64,000 bases of DNA from an uncultured Clostridia bacterium (lineage in GTDB: Bacteria; Bacillota; Clostridia; TANB77; CAG-508). The notes beneath the pieces were generated by a model that had not been told where the DNA came from, searched no databases, and worked only from the letters and a program-made list of their open reading frames with translations. Location of the stretch: NCBI GenBank assembly GCA_947588885.1, contig CANQAH010000001.1, positions 6,114 through 70,113 of the forward strand, in the 5' to 3' direction. This document shows, one piece after another, positions 47,981 through 58,449 of the stretch; positions within the stretch are counted from its first letter, which is position 1, and the number at the start of each line of letters is the position of its first letter. The position numbers and the translations under genes were made by a program.

Positions 47981-48856
47981 TTAATGTTTAGAATCAGATG
48001 GACTTAAAATAGATTTAACCATTTTTACAATTTTTGTGAAGGCTAATTTGATTTTTCCTAATAATCCAGGTGCATCTAAATTATTTTCATCTGTTTTTAT
48101 TAAAGATTTTTCTATGTACAAATCCTCAGTAATTAAAGGAGTGCTCTCAGGCTTATCAATATCTTTTACAAGTGAATTAACATAAACTGAACCAGCAGTT
48201 ACTTTGTCTTCATCAAATGCTTGAGCTGATTGCTTCTTAGCAGCATCAGTGATTTTTGAAAATTCAGTATATGCTGAGTTGTCTTCATTTTTAACAACAT
48301 TTTCAGAAAAAACTTTTTCATTTTCTTCATTTGTTGTAACTTGAGTAAATAGAGTATTATTAGGAATAGTTTGTTTAGAAATGTCTTCTATATCAACAGT
48401 ATTATCAAAAGATATTGTATCAGATGTAACGACAGAAGTTTCAAGAATAGGTTCGTTAACAACTTCTTTTTCAACTAAAGGTTCTGAAACATCAGGTATT
48501 TCAATTTCAACTTCTTTTCTTGTATCAGCTAATGGCTCAAATTCAAGAACATCACTTGATTCTTGAATTGGTAAAATATAATTTGCACCATTATTATTAT
48601 CCCATTGTTCAAAACTATTTTTGAAACAAAATTGAAAATTATCGTTACCTTCAATTTTAACTGTAGCAAGGCAACCAAAAGTTGATGGTTTCATTTTTAT
48701 TTCTGATTTCTTATCCCATAGATTTCCATATCCATATGAGATATATACTTCATCGGAAGGGTTATTTGAGAATAAAAACCCTTTATAAAGTATTACAATT
48801 TCAGAATTTTCAACAATTTTTTCTTTATTAATATAAATATCTTTCGTAAAATCCAT
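47981..48856 (-). CDS. Hypothetical protein with an N-terminal CBM25/CBM53-like beta-sandwich and an acidic, low-complexity C-terminal half
   Basis: ATG at 48856 with an AGGGAG RBS. FQFCFKNSFEQWDNNNGANYILPI resembles the WDNN.G.NY starch-binding-module motif (recalled, weak). Confidence 0.35.
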   Translation of the reverse strand: MDFTKDIYINKEKIVENSEIVILYKGFLFSNNPSDEVYISYGYGNLWDKKSEIKMKPSTFGCLATVKIEGNDNFQFCFKNSFEQWDNNNGANYILPIQESSDVLEFEPLADTRKEVEIEIPDVSEPLVEKEVVNEPILETSVVTSDTISFDNTVDIEDISKQTIPNNTLFTQVTTNEENEKVFSENVVKNEDNSAYTEFSKITDAAKKQSAQAFDEDKVTAGSVYVNSLVKDIDKPESTPLITEDLYIEKSLIKTDENNLDAPGLLGKIKLAFTKIVKMVKSILSPSDSKH

Positions 48857-49001
48857 TTTTATCTCCCTAATATTATTTATAAAAATTATATTCTTATATT
48901 TTAGCTTTTTCAACAAAATAACTTATCAATCCTATTATTTTTTTATTACAAAGTTACAAAAAAATAACAGAAGAATAACAAAAAAACAAATAAAAAAATG
49001 C

Positions 49002-49041
49002 AAAACTTTTGTTTGACAAACAAAAAGTTTTATGATATTAT
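49002..49041 (+). promoter_or_regulatory. lexA promoter overlapped by a near-perfect palindrome (candidate SOS operator)
   Basis: TTGACA (49013-49018)-N17-TATTAT with TG upstream. The palindrome aaaacttttgtttg-a-caaacaaaaagtttt contains AAAC-N4-GTTT, a degenerate form of the GAAC-N4-GTTC box. Confidence 0.5.
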
Positions 49042-49066
49042 CATAAACAATAAAAATGTAGGAGTG

Positions 49067-49735
49067 ATGAAAGTGAAGAAAAAAGAACCAAATGTGCTAA
49101 ATAAAAGAGAAAAGGCAATATTGAAATTTATAGAAAAACAAATAAAAATAAAAGGATATCCACCTTCAGTTAGAGAAATAGGAAAAGCTGTTGATTTAAA
49201 ATCTACTGCAACTGTGCATGGTTATTTAAATCAATTAGAAGAAAAAGGATATATAAAGAAAGAACAACAAAAAGGAAGAACATTAAAGTTGCTTAAAGGC
49301 GGGGCATTAGAGGAACAAGAAACTTTCACACCTGGAGAAAAAGAGGTATATACTCAAAAAGAATTAGTAGAAGTACCTGTAGTTGGAAAAATTTCAGCAG
49401 GACTTCCAATTTTGGCAGTTGAAAATGTTACTGATACATTTCCAATTCCAATTGATTTTGTTGGAAATAGCGAATGCTTTATGCTTACAGTTAGAGGAGA
49501 GAGCATGATTGAAGCTGGAATTTTGGATGGAGATTATATTTTAGTTAAAAAGAGAAATACAGCATCAAATGGTGAAATAGTTGTTGCTTTAATTGAAGAT
49601 GAAGCAACAGTTAAAACTTTTTATAAAGAGAAAGATCATATTAGGCTACAACCAGAAAATTCTACAATGCAACCGATAATAGTACCAGATTGTAAAATTC
49701 TTGGAAAAGTTGCAGGGGTATTTAGAAAAATGTAA
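49067..49735 (+). CDS. lexA: LexA repressor
   Basis: Winged [15 protein letters not shown], cleavage site VGKISAG, and S24 peptidase VRGESM...KTF (Ser/Lys dyad). ATG at 49067 after AGGAGTG. Confidence 0.92.
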   Translation: MKVKKKEPNVLNKREKAILKFIEKQIKIKGYPPSVREIGKAVDLKSTATVHGYLNQLEEKGYIKKEQQKGRTLKLLKGGALEEQETFTPGEKEVYTQKELVEVPVVGKISAGLPILAVENVTDTFPIPIDFVGNSECFMLTVRGESMIEAGILDGDYILVKKRNTASNGEIVVALIEDEATVKTFYKEKDHIRLQPENSTMQPIIVPDCKILGKVAGVFRKM

Positions 49736-49802
49736 TTAAAAAAAGAGGGGGCACTAAAAAAATGAATCCAAATATTATTTGAATTCATTTGAAAGTGTCT
49801 TT

Positions 49803-49961
49803 TTTTATATAATAGGAAAGTGCTCTGCATTTCATATTATATAAAGGCTTTGCTACAAATCCACACAAAATTTCTAAAGAAATTTTGGCGGGCGAACAAT
49901 TGACGCGGACAATCCAGGATGATTTTTCTTTTGGCAGATTACATATTGTCCGCTATTGTTC
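49803..49961 (+). repeat. Family B repeat, complete copy
   Basis: M1 tatataataggaaagtgctctgcatttcatattatata. M2 ccacacaaaatttctaaagaaattttggcgg. M3 gaacaattgacgcggac...gtccgctattgttc. Confidence 0.9.
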
Positions 49962-49991
49962 TAATAGTTTCCCGTACATTCTTATTATACA

Positions 49992-52325
49992 TTATTTCAA
50001 TTCAACTACAGTGACTCCCATTTCGCCTTCACCATAAGTTCCATATCTGTAACTTTTAACATGAGGATGATTTTTTAAATATTTTTGAATTCCTTTTCCT
50101 AATGTACCAGTCCCTTTGCCATGTACAATTCTTACTGTTTCAAGTTTTGAAATGGCACTAGTATCTAAAAATTTATCAACCAAAAGGTTTGCCTCTTCAA
50201 CATTTAATCCAATTACATTTAATTCTGTACTAACTTGTTTTGGAACAAAATTACTAAATTCTTTTTTAGAAATTTCTTTATTTTTATTAATTTGTTTTGC
50301 TGGTGCAATTTGAGAAATTGAAAGTGTTGTTTTTATATTATCAATTTGTATATTAACTTTTTTTGATTGATTTGGATAACTAAGAATAGTTCCATTTTTA
50401 CTGAAAGAAGGAACATATACAATTTTTCCTGGTGTAATTTCACTTTCATTTATTTCTTCATATTGCTCATCAGAGTTTTCAGAAGAAGAAAATTCTGATA
50501 TTTTTTCATTTAGCTTTTTACGCAAAGAATGTGCTTTAGAAGAATTGTTTTTTTCATCATTCATTTCTTTTATAATTGCATTTGCTTCTTCTTTAGCTTC
50601 AAGTAAAATTTCTTTTGCCTCTTGTTTATATTTATTTATATATTCTTTTCTATTTTTTTCTAGTTCATTTTTTTGCGTAATTAAATCAACTTTTATAGAT
50701 TCTATTTCTTTAGAGTTTTTATAGATTTTTTCTTTTTCAGATTCAATTTTTGATTTATTATCATAAATTTCTTTTAGTAAATCTTCAAGTTTTGCTGTAT
50801 TAGAATTAATAGAATTTTTAGCTTTATCTAAAATTTCTGATGGTAATCCTAATTTTTTACTAATTTCAAATGCATTACTTTTTCCTGGGACGCCAATTAA
50901 TAACTTATATGTTGGAGATAGTGTTTCTATATCAAATTCACAACTTGCATTTTCAACGCTTTCTGTAATTAAAGCATATTCTTTTAATTCTTGATAGTGA
51001 GTTGTTGCTAAAGTTATAATGCCTTTTTCTTTTAAACTTTCTAATATACTTAATGCAAGATGCGAACCTTCCACAGGATCTGTTCCAGAACCTAGTTCGT
51101 CTAGTAAAACTAAACTTTGATCTGTAGAATTATTGAGTATATGAACAATATTTTTTATGTGAGATGAAAAAGTACTTAATGATTCTAATATATTTTGTTC
51201 ATCACCAATATCCGCAAAAATATTATCAAAAACGTAGATTGAACTTTTCTCTGAAGCTGGTATATGAAGTCCACTCATTGCCATGGCAGTAAGTAGCCCA
51301 ACAGTTTTTAATGTAACAGTTTTGCCACCTGTATTTGGACCTGTTATAAGTAAAGTTGAAAAATTTTTGCCAATTTCTAAGTCTATTGGAACAGCAATTT
51401 CTTTATTCAATAATGGGTGTCTTGCTTTTTCCAAAGTTATCAACTTTTTGTTATTAATCTGTGGACAATTACCATCTAAAAATCTAGAATATTTTGCTTT
51501 TGCAAAAATAAAATCTAACATACAAATTAAATTATAAGTATTTTCTAATTCTGATGTAATATCGAAAAATAGAGAAGAGAGCTTTTGAAGAATTTTTTCA
51601 ATCTCAATATTTTCTTGGTTTGTTAAATCTGAAATCTTGTTATTTAATTCAAAAACAGATAGTGGTTCAACAAAAATAGTTGCACCACTAGTTGATGTAT
51701 CATGGATGAATCCTTTAATTTCAGTTTTATATTCTGACTTTACAGGAACAACAAATCTATTTTGTCTTACTGTAATGATAGGTTCTTGCAAATATTTTGA
51801 TGATAGCAAAGATTGTAATTTACCTTTTATAGATTTTTGAGTATTTTTAATTTCTTGCCTAATTTTATATAAATTTTCAGAGGCTCTATCATCTAAAGAA
51901 TTTTCATCTATGATTGAATTTGAAATTTTATTTTCGATTCTTGTATTTGTGTATAGATTATTAAAGTAATTTGTAAGTATATCTGTTTTATTTAACTGCT
52001 CATTAAAATAATATTCTTTTAATTCTCTAGAGATTTTTAAAACTTGATTTATTTCTAAAAGAGATTTTATAGATAAAAAGTTTTGATTTTTTAAAGCAAG
52101 AATATGAGCATCTATATTATTAAGTTCAGAAATTGGAATATTTCCTTTTCGATACAATAAAACTAAAGCTTCTGATGTTTCTGCAAGTATTTTTTCAATT
52201 TTAGATTTATTATTACTTGGCAACAAATCTATGCAAGATTTTTTTGCCTTATCAGTTATAGCAAATTCTGAAAGTTTTAAAAGTATTTTATTAAATTCTA
52301 ATTTTTCTAAAGAAATGTTTTCCAT
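49992..52325 (-). CDS. mutS2: Endonuclease MutS2 (MutS domain plus C-terminal Smr)
   Basis: 777 aa. Walker A GPNTGGKT, LLDELGSGTDP, and C-terminal Smr VRIVHGKGTGTLGKGIQ. Confidence 0.93.
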   Translation of the reverse strand: MENISLEKLEFNKILLKLSEFAITDKAKKSCIDLLPSNNKSKIEKILAETSEALVLLYRKGNIPISELNNIDAHILALKNQNFLSIKSLLEINQVLKISRELKEYYFNEQLNKTDILTNYFNNLYTNTRIENKISNSIIDENSLDDRASENLYKIRQEIKNTQKSIKGKLQSLLSSKYLQEPIITVRQNRFVVPVKSEYKTEIKGFIHDTSTSGATIFVEPLSVFELNNKISDLTNQENIEIEKILQKLSSLFFDITSELENTYNLICMLDFIFAKAKYSRFLDGNCPQINNKKLITLEKARHPLLNKEIAVPIDLEIGKNFSTLLITGPNTGGKTVTLKTVGLLTAMAMSGLHIPASEKSSIYVFDNIFADIGDEQNILESLSTFSSHIKNIVHILNNSTDQSLVLLDELGSGTDPVEGSHLALSILESLKEKGIITLATTHYQELKEYALITESVENASCEFDIETLSPTYKLLIGVPGKSNAFEISKKLGLPSEILDKAKNSINSNTAKLEDLLKEIYDNKSKIESEKEKIYKNSKEIESIKVDLITQKNELEKNRKEYINKYKQEAKEILLEAKEEANAIIKEMNDEKNNSSKAHSLRKKLNEKISEFSSSENSDEQYEEINESEITPGKIVYVPSFSKNGTILSYPNQSKKVNIQIDNIKTTLSISQIAPAKQINKNKEISKKEFSNFVPKQVSTELNVIGLNVEEANLLVDKFLDTSAISKLETVRIVHGKGTGTLGKGIQKYLKNHPHVKSYRYGTYGEGEMGVTVVELK

Positions 52326-52344
52326 ATTATCTCCTGGTTGTTGC

Positions 52345-53133
52345 TTAAAAATCTAAATTTTTTATAATTAAACTTAATGAGGCATCATTAGATTTACACT
52401 CATCTATGACAGACTTATTATCTACTTTAAGATTTTCAATTTGCTCTTTTATATTATTAACTTCTTGAGAATCAGAAATTTTAATAATTAAAGAATTAGG
52501 AAAAATATTGCTATCGCCAGAATAACTTTCCAACAAGTCTTTATTATCTTCAAATTTTTCCATTAACTCGTCAAGTGCTTCTTGATTTGTATAAACTTGT
52601 ACTTCTACTACACCATCTATTTTACTAACAATGTCTTTAGCTTTTTGAATTTCTGATTCAGTAGTTCCATAATTAAAAAAAGCTTGTATTTGAATGTTTG
52701 AATTATTTTTTAAGAAATCACTATAAATTTTTTGAGTTTTTTCAATTTTTTCAATATAATTTTTATTCTGGAATTTTTTTATAAATTTATCAGTTTTTTT
52801 GGTATCAATTGTTAGTGAAAGTACATTTGTCTTTTCTGGAAACAAATCTATTATTTGCTGTTTGATGTTAGAACCATATTTGTTTCCCAAAGAACTATTA
52901 TTTAGATGGTTCCCAAAGTTATCTTTAGAGACTAACTCTACATCTTTGATATAGTTAATTGAAGAAAATTGTTTTATATAGTTATCAATATCATCAGTGT
53001 ATATATCTTTTATATAAACAGCTATAGTCTCAAATTCTTTGTCTTTTTGCAAATTAGAGTATATAAAGATACTAGAAATGATTGCGAGTATAATTAATAT
53101 TAATATAATTAAAATTATTTTTTTATTTTTCAT
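52345..53133 (-). CDS. Membrane-anchored protein with two FtsX-extracellular-domain-like repeats (no permease part)
   Basis: ATG at 53133 after AAGGAGG. TM helix. IKDVELVSKD and IDGVVEVQVYTNQEALDELMEKF...IFPNSLIIKISD resemble the FtsX ECD pattern (recalled). Confidence 0.4.
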   Translation of the reverse strand: MKNKKIILIILILIILAIISSIFIYSNLQKDKEFETIAVYIKDIYTDDIDNYIKQFSSINYIKDVELVSKDNFGNHLNNSSLGNKYGSNIKQQIIDLFPEKTNVLSLTIDTKKTDKFIKKFQNKNYIEKIEKTQKIYSDFLKNNSNIQIQAFFNYGTTESEIQKAKDIVSKIDGVVEVQVYTNQEALDELMEKFEDNKDLLESYSGDSNIFPNSLIIKISDSQEVNNIKEQIENLKVDNKSVIDECKSNDASLSLIIKNLDF

Positions 53134-53351
53134 GTGAAACCTCCTTATTTTTCTATTATACAAGGAATTGGTTTATAAATCAAGAAATAGAAAAAATTGG
53201 AATATTTTTTAAATTTATATATAAAATAAATATGTATAAAGTGAGACAAATTAAAAATAAAAAAGTTCATAAAATGAATTGAAATTTAAAAAAAAGTGTA
53301 ATATAATCGTAACGGATTTGCAAATAACTTGAAACAGAAAGGATGATTCTG

Positions 53352-54341
53352 ATGTTTGGACAAGACATAGGTATAGATTTAGGAACAGCTACAGTAATTG
53401 CATATATAAAGGGAAAAGGAATTGTACTTAGGGAGCCATCTGTAGTTGCAGTAAATAATATAAATGGTGAAGTTCTTGCTGTAGGACATGAAGCTAGAAG
53501 AATGCTTGGAAGAACACCTGGAAATATTGTTGCAACAAGGCCACTTAGAGATGGAGTTATTTCAGATTATACAGTCACAGAAAAAATGCTTAAATATTTT
53601 ATAAATAAAATTGGCGGAAAATTTTTATTTGCACCACGAATAATGATTTGTATACCATCTCAGGTTACAGAAGTTGAAAAAAAAGCAGTAATAGATGCTG
53701 CATCAAATGCTGGTGCGAGAAAAGTTTATTTAATAGAAGAACCAATAGCTGCTGCAATTGGTGCAGGAATAGACATATCAAAACCTTGTGGTAATATGAT
53801 TGTTGACATAGGAGGAGGGACAACAGATATAGCTGTTATTTCTCTTGGAGGCTCTGTTGTAAGTTCATCAATAAAAGTGGCAGGAGATAAATTTGATGAA
53901 GCAATAGTAAGATATATTAAAAGAAAATATAATATGATGATTGGTGAAAGAACGGCTGAAGATTTAAAAGTCAACGTTGGCTGTGTTTATCCTAAAATTC
54001 AAGATGTTGAAATGGATATAAGAGGAAGGGATTTGATTACAGGATTACCTCGAACACTTACAATTCATTCAAGCGAAATGATGGAAGCACTAGAAGAACC
54101 AACAAATATGATTATTGATGCGGTTCATGCTGTTTTAGAAAAAACACCACCAGAGCTTGCAGCTGATATTAGTGATAGAGGAATATATATGACTGGTGGA
54201 GGATGTTTAATTGATGGATTAGATAAATTATTACAAGAGAGAACTGGTATTAATGTTATGATTGCAGAAGATGCTGTTTCATGTGTTGCATTAGGAACAG
54301 GAAAAGCACTTGATAATTTAGATATGATTGATAGAAAATAA
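53352..54341 (+). CDS. mreB: Rod-shape-determining actin homolog MreB
   Basis: DIGIDLGTA, EPIAAAIGAG, VDIGGGTTD and MTGGG motifs. Confidence 0.93.
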   Translation: MFGQDIGIDLGTATVIAYIKGKGIVLREPSVVAVNNINGEVLAVGHEARRMLGRTPGNIVATRPLRDGVISDYTVTEKMLKYFINKIGGKFLFAPRIMICIPSQVTEVEKKAVIDAASNAGARKVYLIEEPIAAAIGAGIDISKPCGNMIVDIGGGTTDIAVISLGGSVVSSSIKVAGDKFDEAIVRYIKRKYNMMIGERTAEDLKVNVGCVYPKIQDVEMDIRGRDLITGLPRTLTIHSSEMMEALEEPTNMIIDAVHAVLEKTPPELAADISDRGIYMTGGGCLIDGLDKLLQERTGINVMIAEDAVSCVALGTGKALDNLDMIDRK

Positions 54342-54476
54342 ATATTGAAGATACTCTTTTATAGGGTATCTTTTTTGGTGAAAAAGATTTAAAGTAAAGT
54401 GCAATGTTTGAAATAGTTGAGATAGATAAAGAAAGATGTTATAATAAGCAAATCTAAAATAAAAAGGAGCAGTAAA

Positions 54477-55745
54477 ATGAAAAAAGTTGCATTTTATACT
54501 TTAGGTTGCAAAGTTAATCAATATGAAACAAATGGAATGATACAAAAATTAATGAATAAATATGAAATTGTTCAGCCTGAAGAAAAAGCTGATATATACA
54601 TAATAAATACTTGTAGTGTAACAAATATGTCTGATAGAAAATCAAGACAAATGTTAAGACGCGCAAAAGAATTAAATAAGAATGCTTTGGTAATTGCGGT
54701 TGGATGTTATGCGGAAACAGCAAGAGAAGAAGTTGAGAAAATACCAGAAGTTGATTTAATATTAAATAATGCTCAAAAAACTGTGATAGATAAATGCATA
54801 GATGAATTTTTTGAGGGAAAAGAAAAAACGCAAGTAGATGAAAAAACTTTTTGCGATTTCGGATCAGTTACATATACTGAAAAAACAAGAGCTGTAATAA
54901 AAATTCAGGATGGATGTAATAATTTTTGCAGTTATTGCATAATTCCATATGCGAGAGGTAGAGTTAGAAGCAGAAGTCCAGAAAATATTATAAAAGAAAT
55001 AACTGAAATTGCTAAAAAAGGTATAAAAGAAGTTGTAATTACAGGAATTCAGGTTTCTGCATATGGGACAGATTTTACAAATGAATATAGACTAGTAGAT
55101 TTATTAGAAGATATAAATAAAATTAATGGTATTGAAAGAATTAGACTAGGTTCATTAGAACCATTAATTATTACAGAAGAATTTTGCAATAGAATAAAAA
55201 AATTGGAAAAGATGTGTCATCATTTTCATTTATCACTACAAAGTGGTTGCGATAAAACTCTAAAGGAAATGAATAGAAGGTATACAACTGCACAATTTGA
55301 GGAGGTTGTTAATAGATTAAGAAAAATTTATGATGATGTTATTCTTACTACAGATGTGATAGTTGGTTTCCCAAATGAAACAGATAATGATTTTGAAGAA
55401 ACTTATAATTTTTTAGAAAAAATAAAATTTTATAAGATGCACGTATTTAAATATTCACCAAGAAAAGGAACTGTAGCAGCAAAAATGGAGAATCAAATAA
55501 GTGGTGACAAAAAGGATGAAAGAAGCAAAAGACTAATTTTATTATCAAGTAAAAATGAAAAAGAATATTTAGAAAAATATGTTGGAAAGACTGTAGATGT
55601 TTTATTTGAGGAAAAAGATGGAGAGTTTTTTAAAGGACACACATCTAATTATATAATGGTTAAAAGTAAACAAAATGAAAATTGTTTGAATAAAATTATT
55701 TCTGTAGAAATAATTAGTTTTGAGCTGGAAAATCTTGTAGGATAA
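54477..55745 (+). CDS. mtaB: Radical-SAM methylthiotransferase MtaB (ms2t6A)
   Basis: FYTLGCKVNQYE N-terminal UPF0004 domain, radical SAM motif CNNFCSYC, and a C-terminal TRAM-like end. Confidence 0.85.
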   Translation: MKKVAFYTLGCKVNQYETNGMIQKLMNKYEIVQPEEKADIYIINTCSVTNMSDRKSRQMLRRAKELNKNALVIAVGCYAETAREEVEKIPEVDLILNNAQKTVIDKCIDEFFEGKEKTQVDEKTFCDFGSVTYTEKTRAVIKIQDGCNNFCSYCIIPYARGRVRSRSPENIIKEITEIAKKGIKEVVITGIQVSAYGTDFTNEYRLVDLLEDINKINGIERIRLGSLEPLIITEEFCNRIKKLEKMCHHFHLSLQSGCDKTLKEMNRRYTTAQFEEVVNRLRKIYDDVILTTDVIVGFPNETDNDFEETYNFLEKIKFYKMHVFKYSPRKGTVAAKMENQISGDKKDERSKRLILLSSKNEKEYLEKYVGKTVDVLFEEKDGEFFKGHTSNYIMVKSKQNENCLNKIISVEIISFELENLVG

Positions 55746-55901
55746 TGTATTTTGTTAATTTATTTTGTTTCTTTTTGTAAACAAAAAGAAACAAAAATGT
55801 AATGCAAAAAAGTAATAAATAATCTTGAATATTTAATCTCTATATAGTATAAATTTATTAGAGTATGAAAAAGCGTTCTACTAAGGAGGAAAAATTAAAT
55901 T

Positions 55902-56837
55902 ATGGAAAATACGAATATAGTAAATGGAGGACAACAACGCCCTGTTCAGCAGTTTCAACAGGGACAACCAATGCAAAGAGTTCAAACTGGTGCAATTAAT
56001 AATGTACAAAGGGTTCAACAAGGAATACAACAAGCAAATGTAGCACAGCCAAGAATGACCAACCAAGGAAATATTGGAGTAAATAGAGGGGGACAAGGAC
56101 AATATTCACAAGTTAGCGGTTTTGCAAAAAATGGTGTTAATGGAATACAAGGACAACCACCAACTCAATATAGAGTACAACCTCAAATGAATAATCAATT
56201 TAATAATCCTCAAAATGTAATTCAGAATAGAACGGGAAATATTAATCAAGTTAGAAAAACTGGAGTATTCAACGGAGTAGAAAATAAAATGCCACAAGGT
56301 GGACAATATTCACAAGTAAGTGGTTTTGTTGGAACTAATTCTAACATGGTACAAAATAAAATGCAAAATGGTGCTCAAGTTTCTACTCAACAAAGTAATA
56401 TAAAGCCAAATACAGGAAATACAGCTGGAACTACGGAAAATAAGACTACAAATCAATTTTTTACTAAATTATTTTCTCCTACACAACCACAGCAAACCCA
56501 ACAACAAACGCCAAAACCACAATTGCAACAACAGCCACAACAAATGTCAGGATATACTGGTGGATATGTAGAACAACCTTCTGAAAAAGTTCTAAGAATA
56601 GGAATTAACAATGATGAAACTGCAACAGCTAATTTACCAGCTGTAAAAGTTGGATTCTTAAAAAAGGTTAAAGAATTTTTACTACCTTCAACTTGGACTT
56701 TGCCAGAAATAAGAATTAATGTATCTGAAAAAGAAGAAAAAGTTCTTTGCGAAGTTCATGATTTTCTATTCCAGGAAGTATCATTAAAGGGCTTTTTAAA
56801 TCTATTGAATTTCGGAAAAAATAAAAATAATGGTTAA
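55902..56837 (+). CDS. Q/N-rich low-complexity protein with a short structured C-terminal segment
   Basis: About 230 aa dominated by Q, N and G, with the repeat GGQ(G)QYSQVSGF appearing twice. The C-terminal ~90 aa has ordinary composition. Confidence 0.55.
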   Translation: MENTNIVNGGQQRPVQQFQQGQPMQRVQTGAINNVQRVQQGIQQANVAQPRMTNQGNIGVNRGGQGQYSQVSGFAKNGVNGIQGQPPTQYRVQPQMNNQFNNPQNVIQNRTGNINQVRKTGVFNGVENKMPQGGQYSQVSGFVGTNSNMVQNKMQNGAQVSTQQSNIKPNTGNTAGTTENKTTNQFFTKLFSPTQPQQTQQQTPKPQLQQQPQQMSGYTGGYVEQPSEKVLRIGINNDETATANLPAVKVGFLKKVKEFLLPSTWTLPEIRINVSEKEEKVLCEVHDFLFQEVSLKGFLNLLNFGKNKNNG

Positions 56838-56876
56838 AAATTATAATTTGAGGCTTGCTATTTATAGCAAGCTTTT

Positions 56877-57075
56877 TTATATTATAGGAAAGTTCTCCGA
56901 ATTTCCTATAATATAAGGCATTCCACAGAAAAATTGTTATACAATTTTTCGCAGGCGAACAAAGACGCGAACTTGGCAATAAATTTATATAGTATGACAT
57001 ATAAAAATGTTCGCTATTGTTCTATAATAGGAAAGTGCTCCGCATTTCCTATTATATAAAGGTTTTGCTTCAAAT
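56877..57075 (+). repeat. Family B repeat: one complete copy plus an extra M1 module
   Basis: tatattataggaaagttctccgaatttcctataatata, ccacagaaaaattgttatacaatttttcgc, gaacaaagacgcgaac...gttcgctattgttc, then ataataggaaagtgctccgcatttcctattatataaagg. Confidence 0.88.
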
Positions 57076-57237
57076 TAAATATGATAAATAAAAAATTTTT
57101 ATAAATAATGAATAGAGTAAAAACCCTTAGGGAAAAATATAATTTAAGTATTGCAATTATTAATGTTTTGATATAAAATAAGCATGGTTAAAAGTGACCA
57201 AATTTGAAATGATGTTAAAATCAGAAGGAGGATTTAT

Positions 57238-58257
57238 ATGTCAGTAGTTAAAGTTGCTATTAATGGTTTTGGACGTATTGGACGTCTTGCTTTTAGACAA
57301 ATGTTTGGAGCAGAAGGATATGAGATTGTTGCAATAAATGATTTGACAAATCCACAAATGCTTGCACATTTATTAAAATATGATACAGCGCAAGGAAAAT
57401 ATGATAAAGCTGATACAGTAGTTGCAGGAGAAGATTCTATTACTGTTGACGGAAAAGAAATAAAAATATATGCAAAAGCTGATGCAAATGAACTTCCATG
57501 GGGAGAAATCGGAGTTGATGTTGTATTAGAATGTACAGGATTTTATACTTCAAAAGAAAAAGCTACAGCACATTTAAATGCTGGAGCCAAAAGAGTTGTT
57601 ATCTCAGCACCAGCTGGAAAAGATTTACCAACTGTAGTATATGGAGTAAATGAAAAAATATTAACACCTGATGATAAAATTATATCAGCAGCATCATGTA
57701 CAACAAATTGTTTAGCACCTATGGCAAAAGCATTAAATGATTATGCAGCAATTCAATCAGGAATCATGACTACAGTTCATGCTTACACTGGTGATCAAAT
57801 GTTACTTGATGGACCACACAGAAAAGGTGATCTAAGAAGAGCAAGATCTGCTGCTGCTAATATAGTTCCAAATTCTACAGGAGCAGCAAAGGCAATTGGT
57901 CAAGTTATTCCTGAATTAAACGGAAAATTAATAGGTTCTGCACAACGTGTTCCAGTAGTAACAGGTTCAACAACGATTTTAACAGCAGTAGTTAAAGGAA
58001 AAGATATTACTGTAGATTCTATAAATGCTGCTATGAAAGCCGCAGCTAACCAATCATTTGGATATACAGATGAATTACTTGTATCTTCAGATGTTATAGG
58101 TATGACATATGGTTCATTGTTTGATAGTACACAAACAATGTGTATACCTTTAGAAAATGATTTATATGAAGTTCAAGTTGTATCTTGGTATGATAATGAA
58201 AATTCTTATACGAGCCAAATGGTTAGAACTATCAAATATTTTGCAGAATTAGGATAG
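57238..58257 (+). CDS. gap: Glyceraldehyde-3-phosphate dehydrogenase
   Basis: INGFGRIGR, and SCTTNCLAP (catalytic Cys). Confidence 0.96.
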   Translation: MSVVKVAINGFGRIGRLAFRQMFGAEGYEIVAINDLTNPQMLAHLLKYDTAQGKYDKADTVVAGEDSITVDGKEIKIYAKADANELPWGEIGVDVVLECTGFYTSKEKATAHLNAGAKRVVISAPAGKDLPTVVYGVNEKILTPDDKIISAASCTTNCLAPMAKALNDYAAIQSGIMTTVHAYTGDQMLLDGPHRKGDLRRARSAAANIVPNSTGAAKAIGQVIPELNGKLIGSAQRVPVVTGSTTILTAVVKGKDITVDSINAAMKAAANQSFGYTDELLVSSDVIGMTYGSLFDSTQTMCIPLENDLYEVQVVSWYDNENSYTSQMVRTIKYFAELG

Positions 58258-58304
58258 AAGATAAACTTTTGTTGGGTGGCGGAAGAACTTTGCCACCTAA
58301 CTTA

Positions 58305-58341
58305 TTTATATAATAGAAAGCAATATTTTACTATTATATAA
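58305..58341 (+). repeat. Family B M1-like hairpin only
   Basis: ttatataatagaaagcaatattttactattatataa, directly after the gap terminator (58271-58301). Confidence 0.5.
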
Positions 58342-58449
58342 GCATTATATAAATGATAAATATACAAATTTCTAATAAAAAATACGTAAATTAATTTATT
58401 TTATTATTTGAAAATAATATTATTATGAAACAGGAAAGGATAGATATTT

